From Mizuhopecten yessoensis (lineage: Eukaryota), in the NCBI RefSeq assembly GCF_002113885.1, contig NW_018405342.1, positions 1,735,873-1,799,872 on the forward strand: 64,000 nucleotides of DNA, read 5' to 3'. A model generated the notes under the pieces. The model had not been told where the DNA came from. It made no database searches and saw nothing but the letters and a program-made list of their open reading frames with translations. The first letter of the stretch is position 1, and every line of letters begins with the position of its first letter. This document shows positions 1 to 15,000 of the stretch, one piece after another. A program made the position numbers and the translations under genes.

Positions 1-3000
1 AGGTAAATGTTACTCAAGACAATGCATCTTCATACATGTAATACTGTTTCCCATGTCTGAATATTATTACATTATATATTAATAAATCACAAATAGAACA
101 AGTTGGATACGTGTTAACAAATATATTGATGTGGTGTAACCAAAGACTCCTACTCTTAATTGGCATTCTCTAGAGTTCACGGAATAAAGAATGATCCTCT
201 TATGTTTTGTTGAAGCGCGATATGGAACCATTGCCAAAGGTCGTTTCCTACAGACACTATACTTAATGCACCTAAGTGCACGAATGGTATAAAACTAATC
301 ATCGATATCATGGCTCTTAAGGGCAATGTACGACAGAAGGCAAGGGAAAGTTAACTTTATTTGTAAAGTAAGTAGAAAAAATGTACCAACGTGTCCATGC
401 AGAAACCATATATCAGATTCGTAAGCGGAAGGGAAATCATATTGGCAAACATATATTGAACTAATACATTAAACTGCTGTGAGAAATGTAATTTAAATGA
501 TATAAAGATTAGAGATGATTACATATTGATGAGTAAGTGAGGAAAAACACTTTTTAGGATACGACACTAATTGTAAATTTGTTAAACCTAAGCAGATAAA
601 AATACGAAACGAACTCAATGCCGTCTTTGTGATAGATTAATGCTATTGAATCGTACATTGTATTGAAATATTGCTAGAGTAGTGAATGTCCGGTTGACCC
701 AACAGACCATGGACCGATACCACCCTCTGGCCTAGTAACTGTACTCAACTTAAAGACATATTGTAAAAGTTTCATGAACAATACGCTCATTTTATAGTTC
801 TAGTTCAATGTCAACAATGAACAATGTACGTGTGGTTTGGTTTAATTGAGCTGTGTCCTATAGTGCATTTTGAAGCCATTCATAAGGATTGGTGTTAAAA
901 GAAGTCGACAGTGCGTTGCATATTAAAAATAGAAATGAAAGAGAAAACAAACACCACAATGTTTACAGTTTTATCTCAATTGAAAACCCGATCAGGCGGA
1001 TAAGGTTTAGAAGGCATGTTAAGTTACATAAATAGGACATTACTCAGTAAAGATGGTCTAAACCAAAGTACACCTCACCAGGTAACCCCCTACCTAGAGT
1101 GCAGGTCTGGCAGGGGACATTTCCTGTAGTACACGTCATAAAGTCGACGGTGGACTGTAGGCCTGGCTGACAATGGGTCTGTCTTATACTACAAGTCACT
1201 TAGTCATAGGAAAATTTACAGGGTAAATTGACGTGGGGTCTGTCCTGTAGTAGATGTCACTAGGTTATCTAAGAGTGGCAGACACCCTGGTGATGAGGAC
1301 CGGATTATGTGAACAAAGGGATTATGTGAACAAAGGGAACAGTGTAACTAAACTTTGTGGAATTTTCTGTTATTTTTTCCTTTTTTTTTGCAATTGAGAA
1401 AATCTCGAAAATCTTATGTAAGCATGATTCATGCTAATTTTATATATAAGTGTAATTCACAACGTCATACCAAAATTATTCATTAATCAAACAATCCATT
1501 TATTCATGAATTTAATAAATACAATTACAATGTACAATGCAGTACAGTAGAGTACAAAGAAACCAACTTTATGATAACATTAAAAGTTTTTAGCAACAAT
1601 ATTTCTGCATAATGAATAAGACTTCGAATCTATGATTAAGTTATATACATTAATTGTCTTCTTTTTTATTTACATTTTTCCTGAATAAGCTCAATTTCCG
1701 TGTCAATTCGCTATTCATTCATCATTTATCATAATATTTTTAAATTAATAATATTTTCATTAATTTGATATGCAATTTAGTAATTTCCGTTTTACCTGAT
1801 GGGTGATCAATACATCATACAATACGTCTGACTAGGGGTGCGTGTCTGGGGCAATTATGTAGAGGAAATTTGATCGGGTTCTAAATATTTTAAATTATTC
1901 AGGAGCAGTCTTATACACTTCTTGCATGTTTAGTTATAGAAATAAATAAATGGGTCTTTACACCTGGTCATGGCCATCATTTTAAGAGAGGCCTGATGAC
2001 ACGTACCGTATACCGAGAACAAGAACGCGCAGTTGTTTTGTTTGGGTAAGATTAAATACAAGATAGCTATTGAAAAGCGTCCGAATTAAGCAGGTTGTTT
2101 AATCCCGGATTTATAATGTAAAACCTAACATTTTTCGATGTATGTTAGTATTTATAAGTATGTAGTGTGGGGAAGATACTAATTTAAACACTACGTCATT
2201 GTCAAAACGAGCATATTTTAAGAATCCCCGTACCACTGTCAAGAAACCGTAACTATGCATAGGAAATGTTTGGCTTGCATGATATGTCTTTAAAAACTAC
2301 GACGGGACCAGATCATTATTATAATCCCGGACCTTACATCATTAAATTGTCGCTGTAGTCAACCTAGATGTTTTATAAACGGAAGTACCATGGTTCAATC
2401 GCTCTACATTTATGTCCATAACGAAATTAAATTCTATTTATTTTCGTCATATTAAATATCGATAAAATCAAGCTTGTTCGTGAGCGTACTAACTGTACCA
2501 GTCAATCCTCTATCGAGGCCGTGTTTGCACTCAGTGTGCTCATATAGGTTTGAAAGCGAACAATCGTTGAACGTTCTCAATTTGCTTTTAATGTACAATT
2601 TACAAAACAAATGCCTGGTTGACTAAAATACATTTCGCACAACTTCTCAAAACAGTTTGTAACGAGATGTATTCTGCTGAAGCTTAGCAATCAAGCTTAA
2701 CTTGTTTCATATTGCATACGAGAAATTGCTTATTAAAGCATGTTTCAATGGCGCGATATACATGGTGCATTTGAGCGATTCATCATGTTGTATAAATTGC
2801 GGTCACCGCTGATTTTATGGCTGGTTAAATCACACTTGTTTTCTCGTTATAAACACATAGCTCAGAAATTACAACCCATGGATATCAATCACGTGACAAG
2901 GTAACGTCATCGGGCCAATAACATACGGGCAATATAGAATACATCTTATTTTTATGTTTTCTGCTACTTGAAAAGTCCACATTTTCATAGGGTAATCAAT

Positions 3001-6000
3001 ATTGCTTTCACCTGGGTGCTTTTCATGAGTAATGGATCTAAAAACATGTTTGGATAATGTAACTGGACAAGTCTAGAAAACGTCAAAAATATGTCAGCAT
3101 ACAGGATTAAGTGTAAATACCCCGTAAACTTACATATCAATAACACATTTACATTTCAGTATTACGATAGCTGGACAATAACTCGATTCCAGAGAATCTC
3201 CAAAACAGAACAGTTATGAATCGTCAAGAGCTTCAGTAAGGCAGCAATTCCTAATGGTAAATACATATATGCAAGTCACTATCTGAAATAGGTTACAATA
3301 AGAACGCTATTTCCATTTGAATAAACAGACGTCCAATTACAAAGGTAAATACAATTGTGTACCATGTGTTTGAATAACACTGCCTAAAGGAATATCACGG
3401 ACGATCTCTTATCACAATACATAGTCGTATGTCTATCACTGTATATTATCGCGTGTACTAAGCATGAAAATACTTTAATCATGTAAACGACCTTTGAACC
3501 AAACATTGAATAATAACAATGAAAAAGTCCATTTATGTTTATTATCGAAACGATATGCGAGTAAAGACATTAATCTTGACTAAAGTTTTTCAATTAAATT
3601 TCTTACCAAATGTTTTAATTTCAATAATTTCAAATGTTATGAAAATGAGGTCGACCGGTATCGATCAGTTAAGAAGGGATTGTACACCTTTTAAATGCAA
3701 TATTGGTAATCTACATGGTTAACTACGGATTCCAACAGTATACCCGAAATTAGGTATGATGTAACCCATGCAGTGGGTCAATATACAAACACTTAACTTA
3801 CACACTTTTAATTCCCTATTACAAAGTTACAAATGCATGTTTTTCCTCATAAAAATTAGTTTTCGTAGTTTTGAACTAATTATACACATACCTAGTTATA
3901 TTTTTTAAACCTGCAGTGGTTACCAAGTGATATCATGGAATTGGCCCAGGGAACACACACACACGTGCTAACTATTCATTATTAATCCTATAATCTAGAC
4001 AATAGATTAATCCGGTACGAAGTGCAAGCTGCATACTATGTCTACGTGTATATATTGCAATTAGCATGACCGAACGCGCCACATTACTTACGAGGCAGGG
4101 GCATTGGCGAGATATATGCGTCACTTGTTAGTGACTATCGTTGCGCCTAGAGACCGCTAACGAAAAAGTTCATTCATTCTTCCACTGTATATGATCAGGA
4201 GACGGATTTAAAATCCTTCCAGGTCAGCTGTCTAGGTGAAATGGCCTTATATCGGCCGACCTAATCAAGCTTCGATCTATTGTCATGACATTATATATTC
4301 ATTATGTTGCGTGCTTCATTCTAACGCTGGGCCAAACAAAGAGTTCGTTCGACCTCGAGTCATTCCGAAGTTCATTTGTGGATTGTAACTAGCTGTATTT
4401 AATTCCATTCCTTTATCTTCCGTACTTTCATTTTCATATCTGATTTCATAAGTACCATAATTTTCGGTCATATCCAATAGTACTACTTGAAGTAAAACTA
4501 TTGTCATTATATTTAACATATAATTATATACTAAAATGACAGTGGGTTATATTAGTGAGCAAGACAATTCAAACGTTGTCGTTCTTCGTTTAAATAGATG
4601 AAATATTAGATTTAAAAGAGGACTGACGCCATATCAAATTGTGTTCACAATCAATTATCCACATGTAGAAAAGCTAGACTAGGGCATGAACAATGAACAA
4701 GGGCGATCTGATAAATTATATATGGCAATTATGTTGCACTTTTATGGAACGTTAAGTTATGAATGACAACTACTATTAGTAACTACTCGTAAAGAGACTG
4801 TACACTTTTACAAATATTACGAACTAATCATAGTTGCATAATTTACATTTGCAATACGTAATTTAAACTATTCGTAATAATAAAATATGTGTGTACATAT
4901 ATTAAAATCAAACTACTTATAATTATATGATATTTAAGTACAGTTAGTAAACTAATGTATTCATCATTACCTAGCATATATTAATTAAACTACTCAACAG
5001 CACTTAGTAGACATTTTCTTATCAACATGGCATCGATGTTACATTTGACTTATTGATACTTCTTGTCGTGTTCATATTAATATTTCAGCCTGTGTATAAG
5101 TTTAAATATTTGCCTTATTTGATCACTGTTCCTGCATGACAACAGCATGAATATCATTCGACAAAGTCATTAAAACACAATCACTGAAACATAACGAATA
5201 CACTATAATAATGCTTCAAAATTTGCTGAGATTGCAAAATTACTCATTGAAGTGTTAATTCATTATGTATACAATATACCATATATGGGAGACAGGATTT
5301 GTCTAATGGTTTATATGATAATATAGAGTTGACAGCCCACAGGACTATAAATATTACAATTTATTGTCCACACCATTGAGTACCTCACAACCGCTATATT
5401 AACTATTTACGAAGTAGAACCGTTACACTGTGTATTACATACATGAGGCCATTCTTAATAAACGCGTCCGCAGCTAACAACACATTAACGCAATTTGAAA
5501 AAATTATTTAACCAGGGACTTGTGCCAGTAGATTAATATTCCCAAGGCACTTTTCTGATATTGATTATACCAAGCCCAGACACGTTTCATTTTAGCTCAA
5601 AATTTCAATACATTATGATTTTGTTATTAAAATTGTTTTTCTTTTGCGCATAGGTAATCTAACAGAGCCCTGAATACTGGGGTCCATTAACTTGGCTTTG
5701 TAAGAAGTTTATACCTGGCCATTGTTATCGGGACCTCATCAGTCTACCTTTAACAAAGGTGCGATCTACTGAACTAGGAACAATGTACTGGTAATTATTT
5801 TTAACAAAATTGTCATATCTTAACGGGAATGGCATGGGACAAAAACTGACTTATATTCTACCCCAAGTGGCACGAGACAAGAAAAAGGTCACATTGTGTT
5901 ATCTTACAACAGCCAACAACGTTATCACATTAGGAACCTGGTGAATAAGCGCTATCATTCCAAAGGCGTAAACATTGATATATCGAAAAGGACTAAAGCT

Positions 6001-9000
6001 TGTAGAACGATTGCCAAACACACATTTATGTGTATTAAAGTGATTCATCAGACTAGCACCTGCTATACACGAATTACAGCCCATTTTTATATCTTATGTT
6101 TTTGTCCAGAACTAAAATTATTTAGCAATTTAAGTAGTGGGTATGAAGAAATATTGAATGAAAATATTTATGATATGGTTCAGTGAACATTGTTTTAATG
6201 TTATGTTCATTGTATTAGTTTATGTTGTATTACAGCTACATTGTTTCTAACCTAGCTACCGTTGTACACGGGTTTACAACATATCTCTATCTGTCTTGAT
6301 TATGTCAACGTCTTTTTAAACTAATTGACATTTAACAATTGATGTACCTGTAGTTATTACTACAAATTAAGTTTAATAATATTTCATTGCATAGTTCAGC
6401 GAATCATTATTTATATACTTTTATATTCATTGTACTAGTTCATGTTATTACACTGCTGAATATCTATATACCATGTCTGTAGTTCATTCAAAATGATTTA
6501 TTTATCGATGAAATATGTTGAAATAATATGATTTATCACATAATATTTTAATGAAATTTATTTATTACTTTTTTATTGTACAAAGCTAAACCTACCATAC
6601 AGACCAACCGTCTTTCTAGCGATTTACATGTCTACGTTTTATACTGAACATGTTCTAATAAAGATATTAAATTCTGAGTAAATAATGTTACTTGACCTTC
6701 TAACCCCAACATATCCTAACTCAAAGGCTTGCTTTCACCTTCTTGTAAAAGCGTCTATTTTGTAAATCTTTATTATTATGAAATCCTTAAATATAGTATA
6801 GTGTGGGTCACGTATCTTATCTTAGGGTGGGTTGTCGGGCACAGAACATTATTGATTTGTGTGAAAAATTGTATTGTATTATATTTATCAACTGTTGTTC
6901 GGGCGAGACTATTCATAATTGGATTTAACGCGAACCCAGTTATTGTATTTTATTTGACGAATTTATTTCAAGTTTGATGTTTTTATCGCTACAAACACAT
7001 GTGGTATGATAAATATTATAGCATTATTTGCTTTCACATCGATTTCACCTGTTGTGGTATTGTTTGATTGGTAACAGTACGTCGACCTGTTCGCTTTCAC
7101 ATCCGTGATCAATTACAAGTTTGCTCCTTTCAAAGCGCAATGTAATTTTCAATTTGAATTTATCCTTGTTGTGTAAATATTGTACACGTACAAGGCGAAC
7201 TGGCTCCACAAACCTCAGCAGACATGTATAGGTGTAGTTTAATAATTCTAAGGTACGGCAGGTAGTGAATAGGATTTTAAATGGAGAAGAATTCAGCTGT
7301 TTGCATTTCTTCACTTAAGGTCTAGCTGTTTGAATTGGGTTAATCAGTGGACGAGGAGAGAAAGATTTGGGACCGTTTCCATATTCCAATACCCTCTTTT
7401 TTGAAACTTCAAAATGTACCTGTGTTTTACAATCTATAATATGTGGTGTTTTACAATCAATAATATGAACAGCAACATTTTCACTAGATTTTATTTAGAA
7501 ATAAAACTTATTACAATAGCTGAAGTGAGGAACGAAACCTCCAAATGCATAGCTATCATTTAGTTACCTTTCTTATGCAATACTCGAGTACATTATAGGG
7601 TTTAAACATTCTGTAGAACCTTCTGTTTGTCCTACACTGTTCGCATAATAAGAAATAATTAACACTGCAAACGTTTCAGATGGTGAGTTTTAGAAAACGG
7701 TAAAGTTTAACAATTCCATTAAATGATTGCAACACAATTATTACAGTGAAAATATGGAATATTTCATAACAACTTTAATTTGCCAGTAGGTCATACTTCA
7801 AACGCGTAGCTTCGTGACATCAAGATGTGCAATGTGTGGTATACCGCCGGAAACGTATCTCTCCTGTACAATGTGTATGGATCAATTCCTGTTGAAATAT
7901 GTATGATGCTGGTCAAATATGCAATGCTCCTCTTAAAAGCTTTTAAACTGTCCTTTTTTATCAACACTAGTTCCTACGGACATTCCAAACGATATATTTC
8001 CTCAAAGCAAAGAATCGTTCTTGAACAAACCAGAATTTTAATAGAACTCCACCGACTCAGTTTAACACATTTATGATACACCAAACAATCACCATATTTT
8101 ATGGCAAGACAGCGCATCCATGATACTGTCAAACAGAATCGTCAACCAAAGTCGACAACTTCCTACATGTTAGCTCCGAATTACATCTCCATTAGACATT
8201 AGTGGTTTAATATCTTTGCAGAAGTATGCGGTGACTTATGCAGTGATTGTATGACATGCTATGCAAACCTTCCGTCACTCAAATATTTAACAACCACAAC
8301 AATATTAAATGCAAATACAAATTTCCTCAAGAATAAGTTGCCTGTACACATTTGTGACGAATTGGATTAAAGTCAGCAGCTCGAAAAAACGGGCAACATT
8401 AACTGAAGGGTTTATGCAATGTGAGCTACCACTTGCCGTGTACCATGGTACTACCGCAGCGTTAGGCTAATATGCTGTCCCCGTATAGAGGCCCGCTTCT
8501 GGAATATTCAATCTATACCTGGCCTTATGCCATGTGCATTGAGTGACGTCTACTTAAGGTAGATTAAAAAGCGGCATTTGCATACCAAATGTATGACACC
8601 ATCCCATGTTCACCGACGTCAAAAAGAGAGATATACCATCTTGCAACTGTTACAACACCAGTGGAAGGTAACTTAACAGATTTTCTCAACGACAATACCC
8701 GACTTGGATATTCTCGAAACCTTCCAAAGGTTACCGATATGTTACCCGTTACCACTGATGTCAGATTTTCAGTACTATATTTGGCACTACGTTCTGGCAC
8801 GCGGCTTGTTGTTGGAGTTAAGGCTTCAATATCAGGTTACTATGCTGGGACACAATATATCTTATCTATGCACTCAACATTGAAACAAACTACAGGCGAC
8901 TTAAAATGAGTTGATGACTTGCAAGGTGTTATATATACTAAGGTATACACCAGAGAAATTGATATATATTTTGAGTTGTCGACCGTTCCCCAATATCTTT

Positions 9001-9183
9001 CTTTCGCGTTTTGAATTAAGGTCTATGTGATATTTAGTGTTTAATCTTGGCATGGATTTTGCATCTAAATATAATGTTTATTTTTATGAAGCAATTATCG
9101 ATGTTCAATATGTCAGGTCTGCAATTGAGCCTTTGCGTAATGACTTAAATTGCGACACTCTGACCAAGACACCTAGCGGTGGA

Positions 9184-9273
9184 TTAACCCATCTACCCCT
9201 AGGGTTTCAATTGAATATTACCATATCAAAGACTGGGCAGGTCCAGTTTAGAATGTGGGGGTGGATAAATTAA
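9184..9273. mobile_element. Short decayed TTAA-bounded MITE (piggyBac-like)
   Basis: Begins ttaacccatctacccc and ends gggggtggataaattaa: imperfect terminal inverted repeats with TTAA at both ends. Confidence 0.4.
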
Positions 9274-11896
9274 TGACTTCAGGCTGAACTACATGCCAGG
9301 GTAATAACTCTAGACACAAAAATAACAAACTTCGGAATGATTGAATACGTTCGTTATATGAAGTCGTCATCTTGAAGTCAAGGCACATTGTCCTAGATGT
9401 GTAACGGCGTTGAAGCAATGCAATCTAGGTTATTTTGATTCGACCAAATATTAAAACAATTTGCCAATAGTACTGACCACTGCCATAGTACGTTAGTGCC
9501 AAGTATCGACAATATAATACAGGGGAGATAATTACTGCCTGTTTAATATTCAGGTGGAAATTTGGTGTAGGAAATGTTGGGATCAATAGTCAGCAAGGCT
9601 GTGGATACCTGTTATTACGGCCGACTTTATTGCCATTGACGAAACCCTAATGAATGTCCCCTAGGGAATGTGCTGATACAAACTAGCTACACCATTAACC
9701 CATCGCTAGGATACCGCTGTAACGAGGTCGATTAGACATCCATAATTGATTGTACCAAACTTTTTCGGGATTGGATTTCATTACCTAGTTGGTTTGTTGG
9801 ATATATATATAGATGGTTACCATGCCAAGTATCGGGTAGAGAACTTCCTTGACAACGTCAACAAATCTTCCCTCTCTCTAAACCCCGAAAATGTACCTAG
9901 GCAACGGTTTCTTCTAAACTTATTTTTGATATGTGCATCAGGTGCACACTATAACAGATGAACGTAGCACACACCTTTGTTAGAAAAACGTAGCCTTGTT
10001 TTCAGAAATTTAAAACAAAACTGTTTAGAGATGATAACCTTCCTTTCATGAAGATGAATATAAATAGAATATTTCTTATCCAAACTACATCTTCGATATT
10101 TTCCGAACAAATAAAGACATTGTTATGTCCGCTATTAAGAAATGAAAAACGACTTTAAAATTTCCGTTATAAAATTGGCCGTACCTGTCACAACCAATCT
10201 CCCGTTACCTTCCAACATTTATATTTGAAATCAAACCAAAGATCGTAGTTACTGATATAAATGAAAGTCCAATAGAAGAATAGAGGCATTTAATCGAGTG
10301 CAAGTTTTAATCGAAAGACGAAACCTGACCACATTGACTCCGTCGATTGTAAACAACATTGGGTATAAATTTAACGTTGATATCTTCGAATGAGGTAACC
10401 CATTTTCGTTTTGGGACCTTGGAAACCAAGAGGAAATTAAGCTTTTGGTTTATCAATAGACCATTTCCAATAAGTTCTATCGCCTTCATATCATATTATT
10501 TCGACACACATGCTTTTATATTGATTTCCTTCTGTCCGTTCAGCAAATAATCTACCTCCACCATTTAAGTGAAATAGACGGTGGTCCCCTAAATGCTGAT
10601 CAATGGTCATTCGGTCAAACCTAATACGGTTACAATAGGATCAATACATATACACATACATATTGAAATGGGGATTCAATTCCGCGTTACAGTTGGTAAC
10701 CGCCGACCTACCAATCCCTCTACTTACCGAATTCTAATCTCATTTGCAATTTTCATGATAGTTCCAACCATTGTCTGACTTGATTGAAAACCTTCATGAT
10801 CGTGTACAATCAGGCTTGTACCGGGACCATTCGAAGGTAATCTGACCCTTACATTTATATATACACTAGTGGCTACTACAGGATTAGAAAGATGTTGACT
10901 CAACAGGAAAAATATGTGAAAGGTCCATACATTCTGGAACTTAATCGTGTAAGTTATATGTATTTGTTTGTTTAATTTCACTACTTAATTTATACCAATG
11001 AAGTATAGAGCCTAGTTGATCCAATCATGGCAAGTTTACAGACAGGTTAAAACAAGAATTCCAACCAATTTTAACAAATATTGAAATTCTCTGTAGAACA
11101 ATAAAATTGAAGGACTGAGTAGTTTGGAATTGGAGGAAAGCATGACCAAGGTGTCTATTTTGTTTTTGAAAAATTGACTTGATATCCGTTAAGCCGACAA
11201 TACATGGACCAACTACATGCCTTTTGTCTAAGTGTTGCTTTTAAACTGAAAGCATTGTTAGTATCAATATTCCTTAACCTTCCACATGCGTCGTGGTACA
11301 AATGTATATTTAATGATTTGTTTGAAAGAGACTATCATATCTAAAAACAAGCGTTGACATAGAATTATAATGGACTTTCCCGACAACACCTATTGTCCCT
11401 CCAGTAACCATTACATTATATCACTTTGTTCGACCGTGGTTAGCCATTAAAGATTTCGTTGCTTATGAATGTTAGCCTTATCTCTATGTTCGATCATACT
11501 TGCCGAGTGAGAGATTTCACAGGCAATAAATGTTATGAATCACCTGAAGACATAGGTCAACTACAGACATCTAAACAATTAATATAATATCAACCCCACA
11601 TGCCTCGGCATCAGGATACATATCTCCTAGGTGTGGCCGTAAACCTACTATATGTGAGCCACGATATTTAGTAGAACTAACCTTGGATACATAAACATCC
11701 TCTCTCTATTGTGCTTCGTTCTCATTTGAATGTATATGTTTTATTTACGGAGCCCTTTACCACCGCCAAAACTCTTTCCGTGCAATCAACGACCTCTGGG
11801 GAAAAACAAACCTTGCAAAACTTTTATGAAAAATGATCACGGAAAACAAAACTAGCAACGTACGTACTAATGGAAAAATGCAACAGTGTTAGACTT

Positions 11897-12020
11897 GGCC
11901 CAGGATCATAAAACAATCTTAGACTTAAGTTTTCGCTTAGGCAATCACGTATGACGTCACTTTTCATGACGCTATTTGTGATTGGCTAAGTCAAAACTTA
12001 GGTTTCATGATCTCAGGGCC
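11897..12020. mobile_element. Palindromic MITE with GGCCC termini (PIF/Harbinger-like) abutting a tRNA-SINE head fragment
   Basis: ggcccaggatcataaaac...gtttcatgatctcagggcc termini with a self-complementary interior. Adjacent 12021-12077 reads on the minus strand tcagttggttagag...cagggttcgaatcct (A-box-like and B-box). Confidence 0.55.
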
Positions 12021-15000
12021 AGGATTCGAACCCTGAATCTTCTATCGTGATATATATAGTGTCCCTCTAACCAACTGATATACCTAGGCAATGGTATAGT
12101 ACTCTGGCCGAGTCATGCAACAGTTATACACAAAATGACTTCAGGAGAAGTTATTTTTTATACGAAAAACCACAATGGAATTCTCTCTAGTGCTTTGTCT
12201 GCAGTGGGACATGGATCTTTCAGAGGAGAGATAAAACCCTACATCTGTAGCCCCGATATTTCCCTTTATAGTTAGGAAGGAAATTAATACACTCGATATT
12301 TTAAAGCCACTGTGCTTCCCACTTACGGTTATACAATAGAGTAGGTCGATCGAACTTACCAAGGCCTTATCTGTGATCGATATTCTAAAACCCTGCACCT
12401 AACCCAGTGTATCTAGTGTATTCAACTTATTGACTACGCCACTAGGAAAACGGAATTGACGCTCTTTTGTACTAACTCACGGAGGAAATGCTGCTCATTT
12501 TCTTACATGTTATCTACTTTAATCGATGTTTGTTAAACAGGACAAAAGTTCGTTATCTTAAATTAATTCATTTTCAAGGTAAATTAAATTAATGATGTTT
12601 TATCTGTCGTGCTTACGACTAAAGTAGCTCGCTTTAAATGGAAAAAAATGCAGCAAAAGTTTTCTTAAGTATTCAAATTTACTATACCAGTATTGTTTTA
12701 CCTATCGTAAATGTGTCAAAAAGTCAGTAAGCTATATTCCACTACTCCGACCCATTATTCTGCAATTTTTTGTCGGTAGATCATGTCAGATCTATCTTTG
12801 CATGGGCATAAGTGAATCTGGCAAATATATGCAAATTTTGGTGTTTAATTTAAATATCAAAAGCAGCTATGACACAAGCACTTATGACGGTTCAAAAGAC
12901 TTCAAACACGCCGACACTTGTACAATTTCGGGTCAGTAACCACATGCCTCTCTGGGCCGGTATATAGGATCAGGATGAAATCAGCAAGAGATATATATTC
13001 AAGAACAAAATAACAGATGACAATAATGGATTGCAATAATCAACAAAGCAAGAAAATGAGAACATCTATATGGTATAAGAAGTACACACTTTGTCTATGA
13101 GAGAAGAATTATTGTTTTTTATTACAGAATAAACTGGGATCTAAACAGAAAACTGTTTATCATATAGATTTAACAAAGTCTTCACTTACATCAATGTAAA
13201 CTTTGAATATTTCATATACTCTTAATCTAATCCATCGATAAATAATGGTTTATCGTTTAGACATGGCTGGTCTTGGGTACACTAGACAACGTGAAGACAT
13301 GGTCATTAATTATTCGGGCAAACTGGGCACAGTGAAGACAAAACTTTTGATCAGGAAAACTGGCTACCATTAGACATGACATCTGGCCCTGCAAATTGGT
13401 TATCGTGAAGAGATATTTTTTGATTGAGCAAACCGAATACGGAGCTGGTCATCGGACAATATGGCCACCAAGAAGGCATGACTAGTGATCAGGCAAACTG
13501 TTCTTCATGATTAGTGCCTAGTGGTTAGGTAAACTGTAACTATACAACTAAGTGTCAAAGGGAAAAAATGAGTTATAGATTTGTTTTGCCTGTCTACTCG
13601 AAATTCGTTTGACAGACTAGCGAATTAAGAAGCCTATCCAGTTAGATACCAGGACGCTCTGTACAGTGGAAGTAGGGTAGCTGATATAACTGGCACTCTT
13701 TCTCTCCCTCTCATTGATTACAGACCCCAGGTATGAAGTATTAAGGGGTTTGTGGTACACAAATCGAAGGGAATGAATACTACCTTTCATGGGCGCGAAA
13801 ACTTAGATAACATGGAATATTGACGGGACAGAGAAAAGAGAGTGTAGACATGATTTTAACCTTCCATAATCTTTCCTGTATATTTGATTTCTAATTTTGC
13901 TATTTCGTGGATTATTTGATGCAATCAGATTGTCATAAAGTAACTGACGTGTAAATAGTCGAACGTAAAAAGTGATATTCTTCAACAGGTTTGATAACTA
14001 ATATACTGAGTTTAGTAGCACATAGATATAAAAACCGATGTAGAATACACATGTTGCTATAGAGCTTTATGCTAAATAAATGATAAGCTTTGCACAATAG
14101 CACATACTGAGTTACGATTCAGTATAGACATAGAGCTTATATTGAATTAAATTGAACATAGAAATTAATTAAAATTTAAAATTCCTGACTTAATTCGATA
14201 TTTCAATTAGCATTTCAAACACATTAAGTGGTTTACCTGTAAATAATTTTGTTTGGTGAACTGCATGCATCGACAAACTCGATACTACAGAGTTGACACT
14301 TGATACCAGAGTCCCTTTAAATGAATTACACCAGCGTTTTAAAAACTACTTGTAGTGAACTTAACTTCAATAAGTAGGTAGAACGATCGAAATAATAAGA
14401 TAGTATGTATTTCATATAACATAACGAGAAATAAACATGGTTTCAATCGGAGAAATAGGAATCGCTCCTCTTACCTTGTGTAGTCTACGGCTAGCAGTCA
14501 GTAACTAACGACATGGCGTCCTGTTGCTAGGGTGCAGAAGCTCCATAGACACCCACACTAACGCCCCTAATACGAAAGCCGTGCGCAGTGGCGGCTTAAA
14601 AAATACACAATTTTCACTGCTAGGTATGTATTGTATATCATGATTAAAATGAAATCAAGTTAGCTTTCTTACCTCGGTGCACACCTGTCTACGTGAACGC
14701 TATCCTCTGCCTATAGAATCCCAGTTAGTGTCATTGGTAACTGGGTAGGAGAGATTTAGATTGACAGAGCGCGCTGACCCCGGACTTAAAATATATGCAC
14801 GGAGCGAAGTTCATAGGTATTTTTGTTTGAAACACATAATCGTTGTATCTATATAGGAAAACATATATAATCATTAAAAAGTAAAATGTCTTTTTAATTT
14901 ATTAATCAATCAATCAAATATGCATATGAAAAACTAGATTGTTATATTTTAATCTAAACGTTGACCCCCTTGGTCGGTATAAAGCCCACACACATATACA

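Noticed and set aside
8652-8669. TFHWCC on the minus strand, resembling the Wnt C-terminal motif
   Set aside because: In-frame stop two codons upstream, no CCGRG or other Wnt motifs, wrong Cys spacing; treated as chance.
7030-10980. Several GC-elevated patches with short ORFs, possibly decayed coding sequence
   Set aside because: No recognisable domain or consistent splice chain; would need BLASTx to assess.
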